A DNA stretch of 64,000 bases from Enoplolaimus lenunculus (Eukaryota). Location: the NCBI GenBank assembly GCA_030248215.1, contig JASANG010003765.1, positions 310,001-374,000 of the forward strand, in the 5' to 3' direction. The notes below the pieces were generated by a model. That model searched no databases, was not told the DNA's origin, and saw only the letters and a list, made by a program, of their open reading frames with translations. The position numbers and the translations under genes are program-made. Below, piece after piece: positions 40,628 to 55,421 of this stretch (position 1 is its first letter; each line of letters begins with the position of its first letter).

Positions 40628-41683
40628 AAGCAATCGCTCGCAAAAAGTTTGTAATTATACTACTTGTCATGAGTACATACCTGTTTATCATTGTAACTGG
40701 AGTCGGAAAACGGCGACGGAAGTAAACCGATTGAAGGGGTCAAAGTATATCGGTGTGGGCGCATTCTTGGAAAATCTAAACCTATTTTTATTTCTTGTTA
40801 AAGTCGTATTAAACATCTTTTGCGGGAATATTAATATGCTTTTTCACTTAATGGTATTTATGAAGCATTTTATTGTGTTATATACATGTATGCACTATCA
40901 ACATCCGCTATGATTTAATGATTAGCATAGTACGCTCATGCTACTCGTGCTTAGACAATTTGCGTGTAATGTATACGTAAAACAAAAATTTGTGTATAAA
41001 TTAACTTTATTTCTTTATTTATACATTAAAAAGTTGTCAGCATACATTTCAAGAGAGAAGTTGTGTTTGTCCCACTGTTAACTTCTATTCCACAAGGAAC
41101 ATATATTACCGCACTTACGGACCATGTTACTCTGATGGGCGTAACAGTAGTATAAGCATATTCCTTAGCCTAAGTCTCAGCTTTAGAATACGTATGCCTA
41201 TTACTAGGCCTAAACAAAACTTAGTCTAATGTTAGAGCTTATAAATTGGCTTACTGAGTATGATAACTGCAAGTTCATACCTCAAAGGAGGGATATTTTG
41301 CTCATTAGCATATGCCATACGCTATCTTAATAAGTGCAGTTTTTAATTTCAAGTATTAGTATTTCTTCTATCATTGTCTTTCTTTAGTGACGTCATGTTC
41401 TTTGATTCGCTGATGCAGCACTTTATTGTTCTTTTATTTGTTATTAAAATTGAAAATCCGTGCCTTTTCTCTTATTTGCGCTATTACTGCAATTTGTTTG
41501 TAGCTTTTAAAGTAAGCAATTTATATGTTAGTCCCACTACGCTCAATGCCAGTAGAACGATAGAAATGATGGCCCATGTACAGAACAGGGCCGGATCGTT
41601 TTCCGGAGGGGCTATAATAGAGTCAATTTAAGCTTTAGACTAATTTTTTTTTGCTTAGGCTTAGGAAATTTCATCCATACGCT

Positions 41684-41870
41684 GGCCAATGTTACCCTAA
41701 AGGCCGTCCCATTTTCACGGGACAGAAATGTACCAGGAGTACATACAAAAAACATAATTGGAACAGCGGGACAGTTGGGACACTTAGGACAGATGGGACA
41801 GTTTGGACGAGCGCACAAGTGCACTCCGGGAATATTTCTGTCCCGGGAAAGTGGGACGACCTTTATACGT
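41684..41870. mobile_element. Family C MITE with a short GGGACAG array
   Basis: GGCCAATGTTACCCTAAAGGCCGTCCC ... GGGACGACCTTTATACG; internal segments similar to 24436-25174. Confidence 0.75.
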
Positions 41871-41871
41871 A

Positions 41872-42545
41872 GGCCAATGTTACTCTGAGGGGCGTCCCGT
41901 TTTGTCGCGGGGCAGTCACAGGCCAGCACTCTTGTTCAGCGTCCGAGACAGCTTCGAGCCATTTTTTGGTGGGTCATCCGGGACAGCTTCGAGCATGTGT
42001 TTTCGCTGGTTTGGTCGGGACAGCTTCGTGTGTTTTCGCTGCCGCAGCTTTGAGCGTGTTTTCGCTGGGTCGGGCGGGACCGCCAGGACAGCGTCGAGCT
42101 TGTGTTCGCTGGGTCATCCGGGACAGCTTCGAGCATGTGTTTTCGCTGGTTCGGCCGGGACAGCTTCGTGTGTTTTCGCTGCGGCAGCTTCGAGCGTGTG
42201 TTTTCGCTGGGTCGGGCGGGACCGCCAGACAGCGTCGACCTTGTGTTTTCGCTGGGTCGGCCGGGACAGCTTTGAGCCTATGTTTTTGCAGGGTCGGGCG
42301 GTACAGCCAGGACACGTTTGAGTCTATGTTTTTGCTGGTTCGGGCGGAACCGTCAGGACAGCTTCGAGCGTGTGTTTCTGCTGGGTCGGGCGGGACCGCC
42401 AGGACGGCTTCGAATCTGTGTTTTTAGTGGGTCGGTCGGGAGATCCGGGCTAGCTTCGAGCGTATATTTTTTCTGTGGTGGTCATGACAGCCGGGACAGC
42501 TTCAAGCGTATATTTTTTCTGGTTTGGTCGGGACAGCCGGGACTA
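41872..42545. repeat. Family D element: GGCCAATGTTACTCTGAGGGGCGTCCC terminus plus a ~30-45-bp minisatellite (GGGACAGCTTCGAGC...TTTTCGCTGGGTCGG)
   Basis: Tandem degenerate units; same unit as 34010-34980 and 57750-58770. Confidence 0.85.
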
Positions 42546-42634
42546 ATTTTGAGATCATTTAGAAATACGATGGCATGTTTAAAGAAATTAAAATTCTAAA
42601 TCATCATGGAAATATGCATTTCGAATACGTATCT

Positions 42635-42727
42635 GGATATTTTTCATATCCGAATTTCCCGATATTTTTCATATCCGAATTTCCCGATATTTTTCATATC
42701 CGGATGTCCAGATATTTTTCATATCCG
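42635..42727. repeat. ~23-24-bp tandem repeat (GATATTTTTCATATCCGAATTTCCC), 4 copies, just upstream of DIMT1
   Basis: GATATTTTTCATATCCG occurs four times. Confidence 0.85.
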
Positions 42728-42816
42728 TATATCCGGTGCCCTTGTATAATTCTTACCGTAACTAAAATTTTTTTAAAGTTGTTAAACCGGTGTGATATAT
42801 ATTTTAATTTAACTAA

Positions 42817-43773
<957 letters not shown>

Positions 43774-45174
43774 ATTGTTTAGTTGTGCTCTTTAGTAGCG
43801 TAATTTTTTTAACCGGTTAAGTTTCGAACGTTGTCCGAATGATGTATTGATTTTAGTTTAAGAAAAACTGAATTTATAGACAGTTTAGTATATGAAAAAT
43901 TATTAAGGTTGAGCTACTGACTGAATGTAATGAATTTAATTGCTAGGGCTAGGGTGCAACCCGGTTCCGGATCTGGTAAATTTTTACCAGAATTAAAAAT
44001 TGCTGCAAAAAATTTGGTCGGTGGAAATTGTTTTACTAAAAATGACGATAAAAATTACATAGATTTCATTAACATAGTATGCAAAGCTTGACAATCGCCG
44101 AAAGTAAACCATCGAAGGTACTTTTCGCTTGTGTGGATTATGAAAATCTAAAATACAGCAGATAAAGTGAATACCTATCTCTAATTAGGGTTATGTCACC
44201 AATAATTTTGCAAAAGAGAGTAAGTATGTATTTTTCATTTTAAACTGTCAATTTTTTAGCCGCGTCATATAAATCTCTACCATAAAGCACAAAACTTGCT
44301 TTTTAGAGCTCTCTGACTAACTTACCTAATCGTGTATGTTATGCATCTTAACAAAGGTTCGGCGCGCGTGATACAAATCTCTTCCCGCGGCTGAAAATAT
44401 CTAATTGTGTTATAAAAGCTGAAACACTTAATTCAGTTATTATTTAAGCTATGATTCTTACACCATGGAATAAAGTTTGGTTTTGTATGCTTTGGCAGTT
44501 GACACTTATTTTCAGATATTTATATTTGTATTAGTGGAGCATAAATAAATAATCAGTTCGAAAATCATTTTCTCGGTTTTTGTTTGATTCAGGCGTATCA
44601 ATATAGTAGTTTGCAAAGGGCATAAGTTCTGTTAGTTTTGTCATGTTAATATCAAATATTTTTCATTGCTGTAGAAGTTTGCCATTACTCAAACTGAAAT
44701 TGATTTTGACTTATTTAAGTGACATAACTGTTATAACGTTTTACTGTTTTTAGAATTTAGATTTCAAATACGGTTTCATTTCATAGGACACAGTTTAACT
44801 TTTATGTTGTTGCATGTCCGCTTGCTGACATACACATTGTGTTATTGCAGCAGTTGTTACGTTTGTTATTTAATAAAGTTTTACAAGTTTTGATTTAATC
44901 CTTCTTTTATACTTGATTTGGGCGCAATAATAGTTGTTGCAACATAGAGTCCATTTTCATTTAGTATTCGTGGAACACTGAAAGAGCTTTTGTGGTAACT
45001 AACGCAGTATTGTCCGATTAATAATAACGAAACGGATAGTGATACAAATACGGAAACAAATATACAGAAGCAAAAAATTTCGACCAATGTACTTTGACGG
45101 TTGTCACAGAAGTGCGCACAAAATTTTTTTAAAGTGTTGATTCTTAAATTTCCAAGACGTCTTATATTTCAGAC

Positions 45175-45395
45175 ATTCCCGCCTTCGACCGTATCACAAT
45201 CCCACGTTCGATCACACTCCGAAATCACAAAATCTCACTGTCGACCATATCCCAAAATCCCACCTTCTACAATATATCAAAATCCCACGTTCGACCGTAT
45301 CCCGAAATTCCAAAACCCCACCTTCAACCATATTCCGAAATCCCAAAATCCCACCTTCGACCATATCCCAAAATCCCACCTTCCACCATACCTCA
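45175..45395. repeat. Degenerate minisatellite (AAAATCCCACCTTCGACCATATCCC)
   Basis: Roughly 8 diverged copies; produces the spurious ORF 45101-45478. Confidence 0.75.
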
Positions 45396-46154
45396 AATTC
45401 TTGTTATGGGATAGCGGAATTTTAGGCGGCAGCGAAGTTAACATGGGCCCATACAACTGTTTATGGGGACAAAAATAGCCTAATTTCTGTAACATTTCTT
45501 TAACGGAAGTGGACATCGCTTTTGATGGAAACGGATATCTGGTTACACGTTCGTATTTGATTTTGAGTATTTTGCTATATAATTTCAAATATATAACAAA
45601 TACTAAGTAAAAAAAAGGTCTCCTGGTGTTGCTGCAAGATTTCGGTTAAATTTCAAACATGTGTCTGAGTACTGACTCTCGACATTTAGATAGTGATTTT
45701 TAGATTTTAAGTATAAAATTTTTCAGAGATACGGGTCTTAAGTTTTCGTCAGCGAACTTTTGAAATTCCGGACTTGTGTCTGAAATACAACGCTTCATAG
45801 GGAGCTGAAATTAATAAAATCTCCCAAGTTTACTATCTAAGATTATTTCAAGGTGTAGCCATACGCTGTAGGTTACAGCAGCTCAGCCCGAAATACGGGA
45901 TAATTTCCATAATATATATTTTATAAGTTAGAAATTGTGTCATATATTCGGAACATAGTTTTCTGGAATATAAGAAATTAAAGTTTAAAATAAATAAGAC
46001 ACGAATGTCTGGCATTACAAGACTGTTAACATCTGTGATTCAAAACATCAGTAAAATTTAAGAATCTGTACTTTAAAAATTTTATGTAATTTTTGCAAAA
46101 TGTCAGACTGGTGTCCATAAGTTTTTAGAATTTACCACAATGCCTTAGGTAACT

Positions 46155-49100
46155 ATGAGTAGCAAAACTAAACGTACCAGTCCTCGATTGCAGAAGTTGG
46201 TGGCTAAGAAAGATCGTCGTGCTCTTGCATTATTAGAGGTATAAAATAAACTTATGTTAAAAATATCTGTAGAACCGAGCTGAAGAGTGATGTCTTTAAT
46301 TGAAGCCGTATTAGGAAATATCCTTAATGTAATCGATTTTCAACCATCATGAAAGCTTTAAATTTATATGGGACGAAGAAAAAGTTGGAATTGTAATACC
46401 TTTTATTGAACTCAACTAGTAGCAACAATTTGCACAAACCAGTGGCATTTTTCTCAAAAATATGCAATATTTTAATATAACTATATACTGTGTGTGCGAG
46501 CGAGACCAGGTACATATCTAAAAACGCAGCTTCATAAATCCGGTTCTGGTTTAATATCCGGCACAGAGCTGAAATTTGTATCCGGTCTGCGGTTGTGGTA
46601 AGATATAAGGCAAAACTGTATTGTACATGTGAAAATACTTGATGCTTTACTGCGACTGTATTTTGCGGTCGAGTAACGCCGACATGAAAAATTAAAAATT
46701 CAAGTCAACAATTAGTTTTATTTCACTAAAAATATATTTTTGTACGATTTAAACACTACCAGCAGTGCACAAATTTAGATCGTGTATCCGGTTAACATCC
46801 AGATCCGGTAAATAGTTTACTATCCGCCTTCATTTCCGGTATCCGGCAAAATTAAGATTCTGTCATATCTACTGTTCCAGCTGTTATTTCAGGTTGAAAA
46901 ATCTCCAAGGCAACCAATATCAAGGTATTATATTAATGTGTACATCAGGCATATCTACGCACGTACGTCAAGAAACAATTGCTGAGTTTCTGAAACCCTG
47001 CATAAGTACAACTTCGTACTCAAGTATCTACTAAGCAAATAGTAAACCAATTTATCGTTTCTGAAACCGTACTCAAGTTAAGCTAATATTAAGTCACTGA
47101 TCAAATTTGATGTGTTGCAGACTAATAGATAAGACATATTAATTTTGATCTGACTGTGATTGTAGACTTACGCGCACGTCGGCTTCATAATATAAAGCAA
47201 AATCATGGTTTCCTTTCCTAGTCGTGTTACTGGCTCAAACTCGACATAAACTTGTGCTTGCTTAAAAGATTAAGTATTTAAATACTTAGTTAGATTTAGG
47301 AAGCCCAGCCAATGTGTTTTAAGCTGTGTTCACACGTGCAATTTTTTGCAGCAAACACTTGAAGGTGCAAGTTTATGTGCAAGTTAGGTCACAAAACAGC
47401 TTTGAAGTTCTTGCAGCTGCAAATTATTCTTTATATGATGATTCAGAATGAAAATATTTCCTTGCAAATGCTTTCAGCTGCAAGTATTTCGGACAACTTG
47501 CAGCTGCGAGTTCTCACTGCAAAAAACTTGCACGTATGAATACGGCTTTAATCAAATTTTCTACGTATTGGTGTTAACCGCGATATATTTAATATAGCTG
47601 GTCTGGTGTAGCTTTTACAATTGATTGAGAGTTGTCACATTCAAGTGAAATTTAAGATTCTTTACGATAACTAACAGTACCAAATAAGACATATCACTAC
47701 AGTACAGTAAATTTATATATTGATACATTTTATTTACCTAGACATTTCGCAAACCCAGTCTCGAGTGGAGTACATCTAGCAAAAGTCTTTCTTGGTTAAA
47801 CATGTTTAAAAAATTTGCGATTCACACTGAAGTATTGTAGCCTGTCTTTTATTCTGTTTGGTTAGGGTGAAATTTTAGATAAAAATTCAGTAATCTCTAT
47901 TTTAGAACAGGGCTCATTTACGATGAACGTATGGCCGACACACACAGCTGCTTATGGGATTCAAAGCATCCTGAATGTCCCGACCGGATTAAACATGTGT
48001 GGCAACACTTGTCTCGAACTGGAACTGCCGAACGGTGCCAGAGAATCAATGTAATGTTGTTTACCATACAGACAAAATAATTATATTTCTGTTTGTTTAT
48101 GTCATTGTTTTATGTACGATTGTACGTGACTGGTAAAACATTCACTACGTATGTTAGCATCGTAGTGCATCCGGACTAAAATTACAATTTGCTAAATGTA
48201 TCGGCGTTTAGTCAGTTTCAAACGTATCCGCTAAGTGTGGTTCTACCGTATGTATATTTTGCACGCATTCTGAATGCTTTCAGGCAAAACATGCATCAGA
48301 CGAACAGCTGCAACTGTGCCACAGGTAGTCTGTATTGATAATGAAAATTATATATTATTTCTATGTTTATCTACTTGTTAGATCAATCTCATTTTGGGCT
48401 AGGTACCTAATACTTTTTAGCAATTAGCAGTACTGTTTCAATTGCAATCTTATTTTGGTGTATTGTGTTTTATAGAAGGTAACATAGTAACTGAAAAAGT
48501 TGAAGAGTGAAAGCGTAACACAAGTGCTTCTGTTCAATAATGTCATTTTATACGTCATCCAAATTACTGTTTGAATATTAAACCTTTCAGCGATACTTAC
48601 ATTCAATTGGTGAAGCAGTGTTCGTCACTGCCAGAAGAGGCCCTTCGTTTTGTATCAGAGCAGTTTGATAGTGTTTATTTTTCTCAGGTAAGCAGCGGTC
48701 AACGACAAGCACTATTCGGGGGAAGTTGCAGGACATATAACATTTTACACACAAGTTGTGAAAAAAATTGCGAATCACTCACAGATGATGCAAATATTTA
48801 GAATACACGCCGAGCGGCGATCTAACCATCTTTTTAACTCTGTGCCACCCGTACGCAAGGTTAAATTTTTTGACAATAATAACTATTTTCTTCTGTTATC
48901 ATTTGTTGAACGAAATTTTAAAAGCTCGGCTTTAACGTCATATTATTTTAGGTTTGAATAATGCATGTGGGTATCGTTTCGATGATGATTTGTGTTAAGA
49001 CTAAAAAATAATATTTTGTCTGTTGTTGTGAATTTCACTACAAATTTTAGGGAACAAACAACGCATCTCGTCTTGCAGCTGGTTCTGCAATCGCTTTAGT

Positions 49101-52100
49101 GGATGCTGTTTGGAAAAACGAGGTGCGTGTTTTTAGTTACACATTATTGGAAAGTGCAAATGCTTCTGCTCAACTTAGCTTGTCTTTGTGTGTATAATTT
49201 GTCTTTTTATCAGTCACTATGTTGCTTTTACGTGCGCAATGAATTAATGATTTAACGTTGTTTTTATGTTATTTTTAATAACGCATTATTTCGTCCATAA
49301 AATAGTAGGATAATTTAGAATGTTTCAGGTGAAGAACGGATTTGCGCTGGTAAGGTAAGTATTAAAAGAATATCAATAATATGTTGTGCTGTGCAAGATT
49401 TAGCCTGTAATGATAATGGGACTAGAGGTTTGCAATAAAAAGACTTTGCAATTCGCGTTACTGAGTGTTTGTTATGCCTCAGTTTATTAAATTGGGCTGT
49501 GAAATGATTCTTGAATTATGAAGTGGGTCTGGTTATTCTAGTAGTTAATGCTCATTGCTTGGTTTACGACCATGTACTTTTTTAAAATCTATCGCTATTT
49601 CGCTTAGATGCTATACTGTGGTATATTTTGTTTCAGACCTCCTGGTCACCACGCTATGAGCACGACAGCATGTGGATTTTGCATTTTTAATAATGTTGCT
49701 ATTGCAACGCAACATCTACTTAATTCCGGACTCAAAAGGTAATTATGATTTTAATTTCGCATTATTTACTTATGTCAAAACTTTAATTGACGATATACGT
49801 ATCTATTGTATTACTGATAATACAAAAGGCTCGTTTAGTGATACTGCCACGCCACATCAGGATTGCTAGGTAATAGTTTATCAACGCTCTTCTGAATGCA
49901 GAGTATATATAATATAAGTGTGCGTGTTTGCTGATATGCAGTTGCTTTTAACTAAGGTTTCCTGTAGGATTCTCGTAGTCGATTGGGATGCTCACCATGG
50001 TCAAGGAACGCAAGCTGAATTTTACTCAGATCCACGTGTTGTGTACATATCAATACATCGATATCAAAATGGTGCCTTTTGGCCGCATTTGCCTGAAAGT
50101 GATTTTCACTATACAGGAACTGGTTCCGGGTCGTATCGAAATGTGAATATTCCGTTAAATGAGGTATCAGTCTGTTACCGTTGCTGGTTTTGTAGCAAAA
50201 GTTACTGTTTCGCTCCGTATTGTTTTTAGGTGTAAATATGAAACGATATGTGAGCAGTAAGCGCGATTGCTATTACTGCAATTTTGTTTGCAAGTTTATA
50301 GTCGAATTTTGAAATTAGTAACCATGAAACGAGGACGCGTAAACTGTGTTAGGAGCCTGCTCGGTTCGGCCTATTTTGCTGTAGGCAGGAGGCAAGAACT
50401 GCAAATGTAACGAATTTACGCATTGTGCAATTTAGAGAGAAAATGAATGCAGTGGCAGATCGATAAGGCAGTGATGTTGGGTAATTTATGTGGTTACCAA
50501 AAACAACTTTGGTGACGAAATTATGTTTTTATTTTAGACACATCAAAGCGACTCAGATTATTTTGCTATTTTCACGAGAGTCGTTTTGCCTTTAGTAATG
50601 GAGGTATGTAGTTTTCTGTTATTGTGTTATACTTCTTAATCTGTTTTAAGGCGTAGTCAAATTTTAGAAACTGCTAACTGCTAAATGCAGACGTTAATTG
50701 TTGTACATATTACCAACGTAATTTTGTGTTATTCAGCATTCTATTGACTTTAGAATCTTGAAATTTTACTCAAGTGACGGTTTTAATGGTATTACTGGAT
50801 ACTCTGTTTTAGTTTCAACCGGAATTTGTGATAGTATCTGCTGGATTTGATTCAGCGGTTGGTGATCCGAAAGTATGTTGGTGTATTTTAATTGAAGGCT
50901 GACTTGTACAGTTCACTTTTTGTTTTATTTGGTTGCTAAAATTTTGCATAATGGCGTGGCTGAGGGAATAGCATATAGGTAAAATGAAAAATTAATGATT
51001 AAACTTCGTGTTGTTTTCGGTTTATGTCACAATCAAAGTTATAAACGCATTTTTTTGTATCTCCTAGAAGTTGCGTCGTCCCCTAATAGTGATTTCGGGT
51101 TTCAGGAGGCTACGGGACTTTTGATTCATATTGAAACGCTTGGCTTGCTTATTGTAGGGAGAAATGTCTGTAACCCCTGCGGGCTTTGCTTGGTTTACGC
51201 ATTTGTTGAGCATATTTGCCGAGGGAAGATTGGTACTTATATATGAAGTAAGTTACGGTAAAGTTTAGTTATAATTAGCATGATAGTACGCTGTTCTCAC
51301 TATAAAAAGCATTTGCTTTTATGTAACGGATTTGTGAGATGGTGTCTTGTCTAGTATATACAATGTTATTTGACCAGTGTTTCAATGTAAATTTTGTAAA
51401 TTTTAGGGTGGTTACAACTTAAATATACTACCGTATTGTGTGGATGAGTGTATTAAAGTGTTATGTGGTGACATGCCGCCTATTCTGCGTGACATTGGAA
51501 AGCCCTCTGAAAGGTATGGTGAGTTATATTCCGTTGTCTTAAGTTTGTAAGACAAACAATAAGACAATAAGCACAGCATCATTTTTTCCATGCCAAACAT
51601 GATTAGTTGCGCAGCACTACAGTTTTTGAAACCTTGCATTTTATCCGTACAATTTTAATTCAGTGCAGTAAAATATTGGGCAACCGTGTCAGACCGGACC
51701 GGACCGAAGCGATTAGGCTTTTGACCTGTCGTGGAACTAGTTTAAAATTTTAGGACTGTCCCGTCTTCATCACTATACATTGCGGTACTGTTTCACTACA
51801 CGTTTACCAATTTAGGTTCATTTTCGAATCATGCTGTGCGTCAACGTCAAGATAAGGCTGGGCCGTTTGATAACGTAACTGTTAGTTAAGTGTGAAGATG
51901 CTATTGATGAATAACTTTATTATTTTGATAGTGCGTACATAATAAGGTGTATAGGCATTTTATAGCACCACATCAGCGATCCTAAACACAATTTTCCTTC
52001 TTCGACGTCACTGGAGCTGCTTCGCGCACTACTTAAACACAGGATCTCCAGTGGTACCTGCGTATCCTGAATGGACCAAGTAGGTCAGAAGTTTTTGGTT

Positions 52101-55100
52101 TCAGAACACTTTTGACAGTTTTTTGTTTGTTATATGATAACTTGTTAGTCTGGCTTCTGTTAAGATTGAACTGAAAAGCCTAATGAAGTTAAGTTACCTT
52201 AATTGATTTTTAGTTGTTGTAACTATCGATAAGTTATGAAGCACCTGAATGAACATTTTTTAATCGTTATCAAATTTAATTCTCATTCTAGATTTACAGT
52301 GCCTAGCCCTCAATTTACAATGGAACCGCCCCTGGAAAAGCAAGAACTTAGTGAGCGCTTATTGGACGTATCAGTTGAAATAACTCGGTTAAGTATTAAC
52401 GATGAAGGCCAAAGTTTTGCCAACAATGGTGCGGCTATTGTGTCGCCGTTTACCTTTAATGTCGAAGAAATTGGCAGTCTGGAACGTCATCATACGCTTG
52501 AAAGAGTAACTTATATAGTTTATGACAGACGTCTTGAACGGCATCGCAATCTAGTCTGTGCATCTCACCCGGAAGCACCAAGGCGAATTGGAGCGATAGT
52601 GGACACGTTAGACGATCGTTTGCTTGACCAGTGTGAAGTCAAAGTAAGGGCGATGATATACTTTTTCCAAATTTTAATGGCATACGTCCCGTCGACGTTC
52701 GCCCCCGTGGGGTATCGTACGCCAATTGCTGTCGACTGTCTCAAAAAGTATAGTGGCACGCAAGTCTTCAGTCATGTAGATAACGTTTGGTACATACATG
52801 TTCTTATATCCTGTGGGCTGAGGTAGATTACAAAATGACGTTTGTTGTTTCTGATGGTTGCAGGTTATAATCCATAGCGCAGCGCCGAATCAGAACAAAT
52901 ATGGCATAGTTGTACAGACTTGTAAACTTTGCTACATCACTGAATAACACAGTTGCACTTTTACTGTTCCGGACCGAGCGCTAAACGATATTCTATAGCA
53001 TATCTATGAAGATTGACTCTTAAATTATTTGTTTTATGCATAATACAAGGTGCGGGTTTTCACCAATAATTCAATTTTTCTGTTACTTTTTGGCTGATTC
53101 ATTATGTCTGTGCGATGTCGGCAATGTTTTTTTTATTATTATCATATTTCGTTGCAAAACAACTTTTACTTACTGTGGCTAACAAAGCGATTTCATAATA
53201 TTTTTATTTGTTTTAGACAGAATGTCGGTTGGCGGATATAGAGGAACTGTCGTTTTGTCATGACAAAGTGTACATCGAATTAATGCGCACAACTTCAACT
53301 GCACCGTATGGCACTCTTATGAGTATTTCAGATCGATTTGATTCTGTATTTTTATGCAATGAAACTTGGGATTGCGCATGCCGTGCCGTGGGAGGTACAT
53401 TAGATGCTGTTGATACGGTTTTAAATGAAACGCAGTCTTTGGTATATCGCAATGTTCCATCGGTGGCCGACAGGCAACGGTGTGTCAAGCGTGATGTAAG
53501 TCCAGATAGTAAATTTGGACAGGACTTGATCGGTTGTAAGCAGTGTCCTGGCCAGGTAAACAAGGATTGTGTGCCTTGTGTTGGCAACAGCGAAACAATA
53601 AAAAATATGAGTCAAATGTCTAGTCATAGTGGATTGAATTGCGTGGATCGCCATCCTGCTGTCAGTTTGCATAATAATCGTGGTATGAAGCGTGCGTTCG
53701 CAATCGTTCGTCCACCTGGACATCATGCTGAAGCTGACGAAGCTTGTGGGTTTTCGATATTCAACAATGTCGCCATTGGTAAATTGATTTACTTCGTTTT
53801 TCATGCTATTTGTCATTTTGTGCAGCTATTACGAACTTTTGTTCTAGTCGGAATGTCATGCATTAAATTGTCGCGTGAACTTTAGACAGTTCTGTTGTTG
53901 TTTTGATAGTTCATTTAAAGCAATCGAAACAGTGTTGGAAAGTAGAGAAAATATTTTATGTTCAGAAATTTTTTAGGAGATTTATCATTATGTGCGCTAT
54001 CCCTTGAGCTTTCCCTTAGAGAATTGTTGCGGTTTCAGCTGCGCATCACGCACGCCGTATCCATGGTCTTCGTCGTATATTAATAGTTGACTGGGATGTT
54101 CATCATGGGAATGGCACACAAGCAGCATTCATTGATGATCCAGGCGTACTTTACATGTCACTACACCGTTTCGATGGTGGGTCTTTTTTCCCTGCCGGTG
54201 GTGACGCAAATTATCATCATTGTGGGCAAGAAGCTGGCAAAGGTAATGCTATTTCAGAATTGAATGAATTTTTGAAATTTTGAAATGTATTGTCAAAGTA
54301 CCCAGCATTTTGCTTCTTTCAGGTGACTTCGGCGCATCTTCTAGAAGCGATACCGCTTTAGAACACAATGATTAAATTTTGTCAGAGCTCAGGATTGCTG
54401 CGATTTAACTACAGGAAACTTATTGCATGCGATACAGATGAGCGGAGTTGAATGACATTCTTATTTGTGCTTTCTGACATTGTTTCAATATAGTTCTTTG
54501 TATTTTTTAATATGATGATTTTTCAGTGTTTTCTTTGCGCTTGCTGTAGACCTGGGATTTATCTGAAAATTTTTAGTACAATCTGAAAGTCTGTAGTTTT
54601 GAACGAGACAGTTACACGTTGTGTTTTCTCCTTATTCATTGCATGTTTTCTCCTTATTCATTGCATTTCCCAAGTTGCAAAAAGATGGAAGCTAAGTGTA
54701 ATATTTAGTTTTGGTTTCTTTAGGCCGCACCGTCAATATACCGTGGAATTTCCAAACTATGGGTGATGCAGAATATTTACTTGCATTTACAACAATAGTA
54801 CTACCCATTGCAATGGAATTTTCCCCTGAGCTGGTTCTAGTCTCAGCAGGATTTGACGCTGCCGAGGGTGATCCGCTAGGTGGCTATCGTTTATCTCCTC
54901 AAGCATATGCCCATATGACTCATATGCTATGTTCTCTGGGCGCTCCAATTGTCCTAGTGTTAGAAGGTGGTTACAATACAAGCGCTTTGAGTTATTCTGT
55001 CCGTGCTTGTCTTGATGCGATGTGTGGTAACCCTGTCGCGCTGCAGCAACAACTGGTTCAAGACGGACTTACTAAATTACAACCTAAAGCTATTGAAAGC

Positions 55101-55421
55101 ATTCGTAACGTTCTATCCGTCCAATCTCAGTATTGGAGTTGTTTGTCAGGCACTACTACGATCTTTGGAGAACCAAGGAACAAGCGTGATCTGTTACCTG
55201 AACACCGGTATTTTAGCGGCGACTCTTCCAGATTTTCTAAGCCAAGTTTTCTGGATGAAATTTTAGATGCGCTGAATAACGGCAGTTTTGTTGAACACAA
55301 ACTTAACAGCGAGACTATCGCCAACTTGAATGGTAATAAAATGAACGTAGAAATGAATGTACGCGAAGTTAAAAAAGCAGACGCGTTCGAGAATTTCGTT
55401 ACTAACGGTACGCTAAAGTAG
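46155..55421 (+). CDS. HDAC6: Class IIb histone deacetylase, HDAC6-like, two tandem catalytic domains, about 1015 aa, 18 exons
   Basis: Exons 46155-46238, 46893 (or 46881)-46924, 47906-48050, 48284-48324, 48591-48687, 49051-49122, 49329-49354, 49637-49738, 49968-50163, 50538-50603, 50813-50872, 51158-51247, 51407-51513, 51966-52079, 52292-52643, 53217-53778, 54039-54242, 54724-55421; all phases agree. CD1: [39 protein letters not shown]2: [38 protein letters not shown]. The first two exons are less certain. Confidence 0.9.
47322..47548. mobile_element. PIF/Harbinger-like MITE in an HDAC6 intron
   Basis: TIRs AGCTGTGTTCACACGTGCAA / TTGCACGTATGAATACGGCT in T/A-rich (TTA/TAA-like) flanks; internal TGCAAG/TGCAGC repeats. 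Confidence 0.7.

Noticed and set aside
41935..42545. CRISPR-like repeat array
   Set aside because: Units are degenerate tandem repeats without unique spacers; no cas genes; eukaryotic context.
41803..42599. Overlapping 90-170-aa ORFs (also 34056-34800 and 57648-58848)
   Set aside because: Derived from the family D minisatellite; no domain signal.
46155..55421. HDAC10 assignment
   Set aside because: The second domain keeps all catalytic residues and CD1 has GDPKG rather than the GDPEG gatekeeper.
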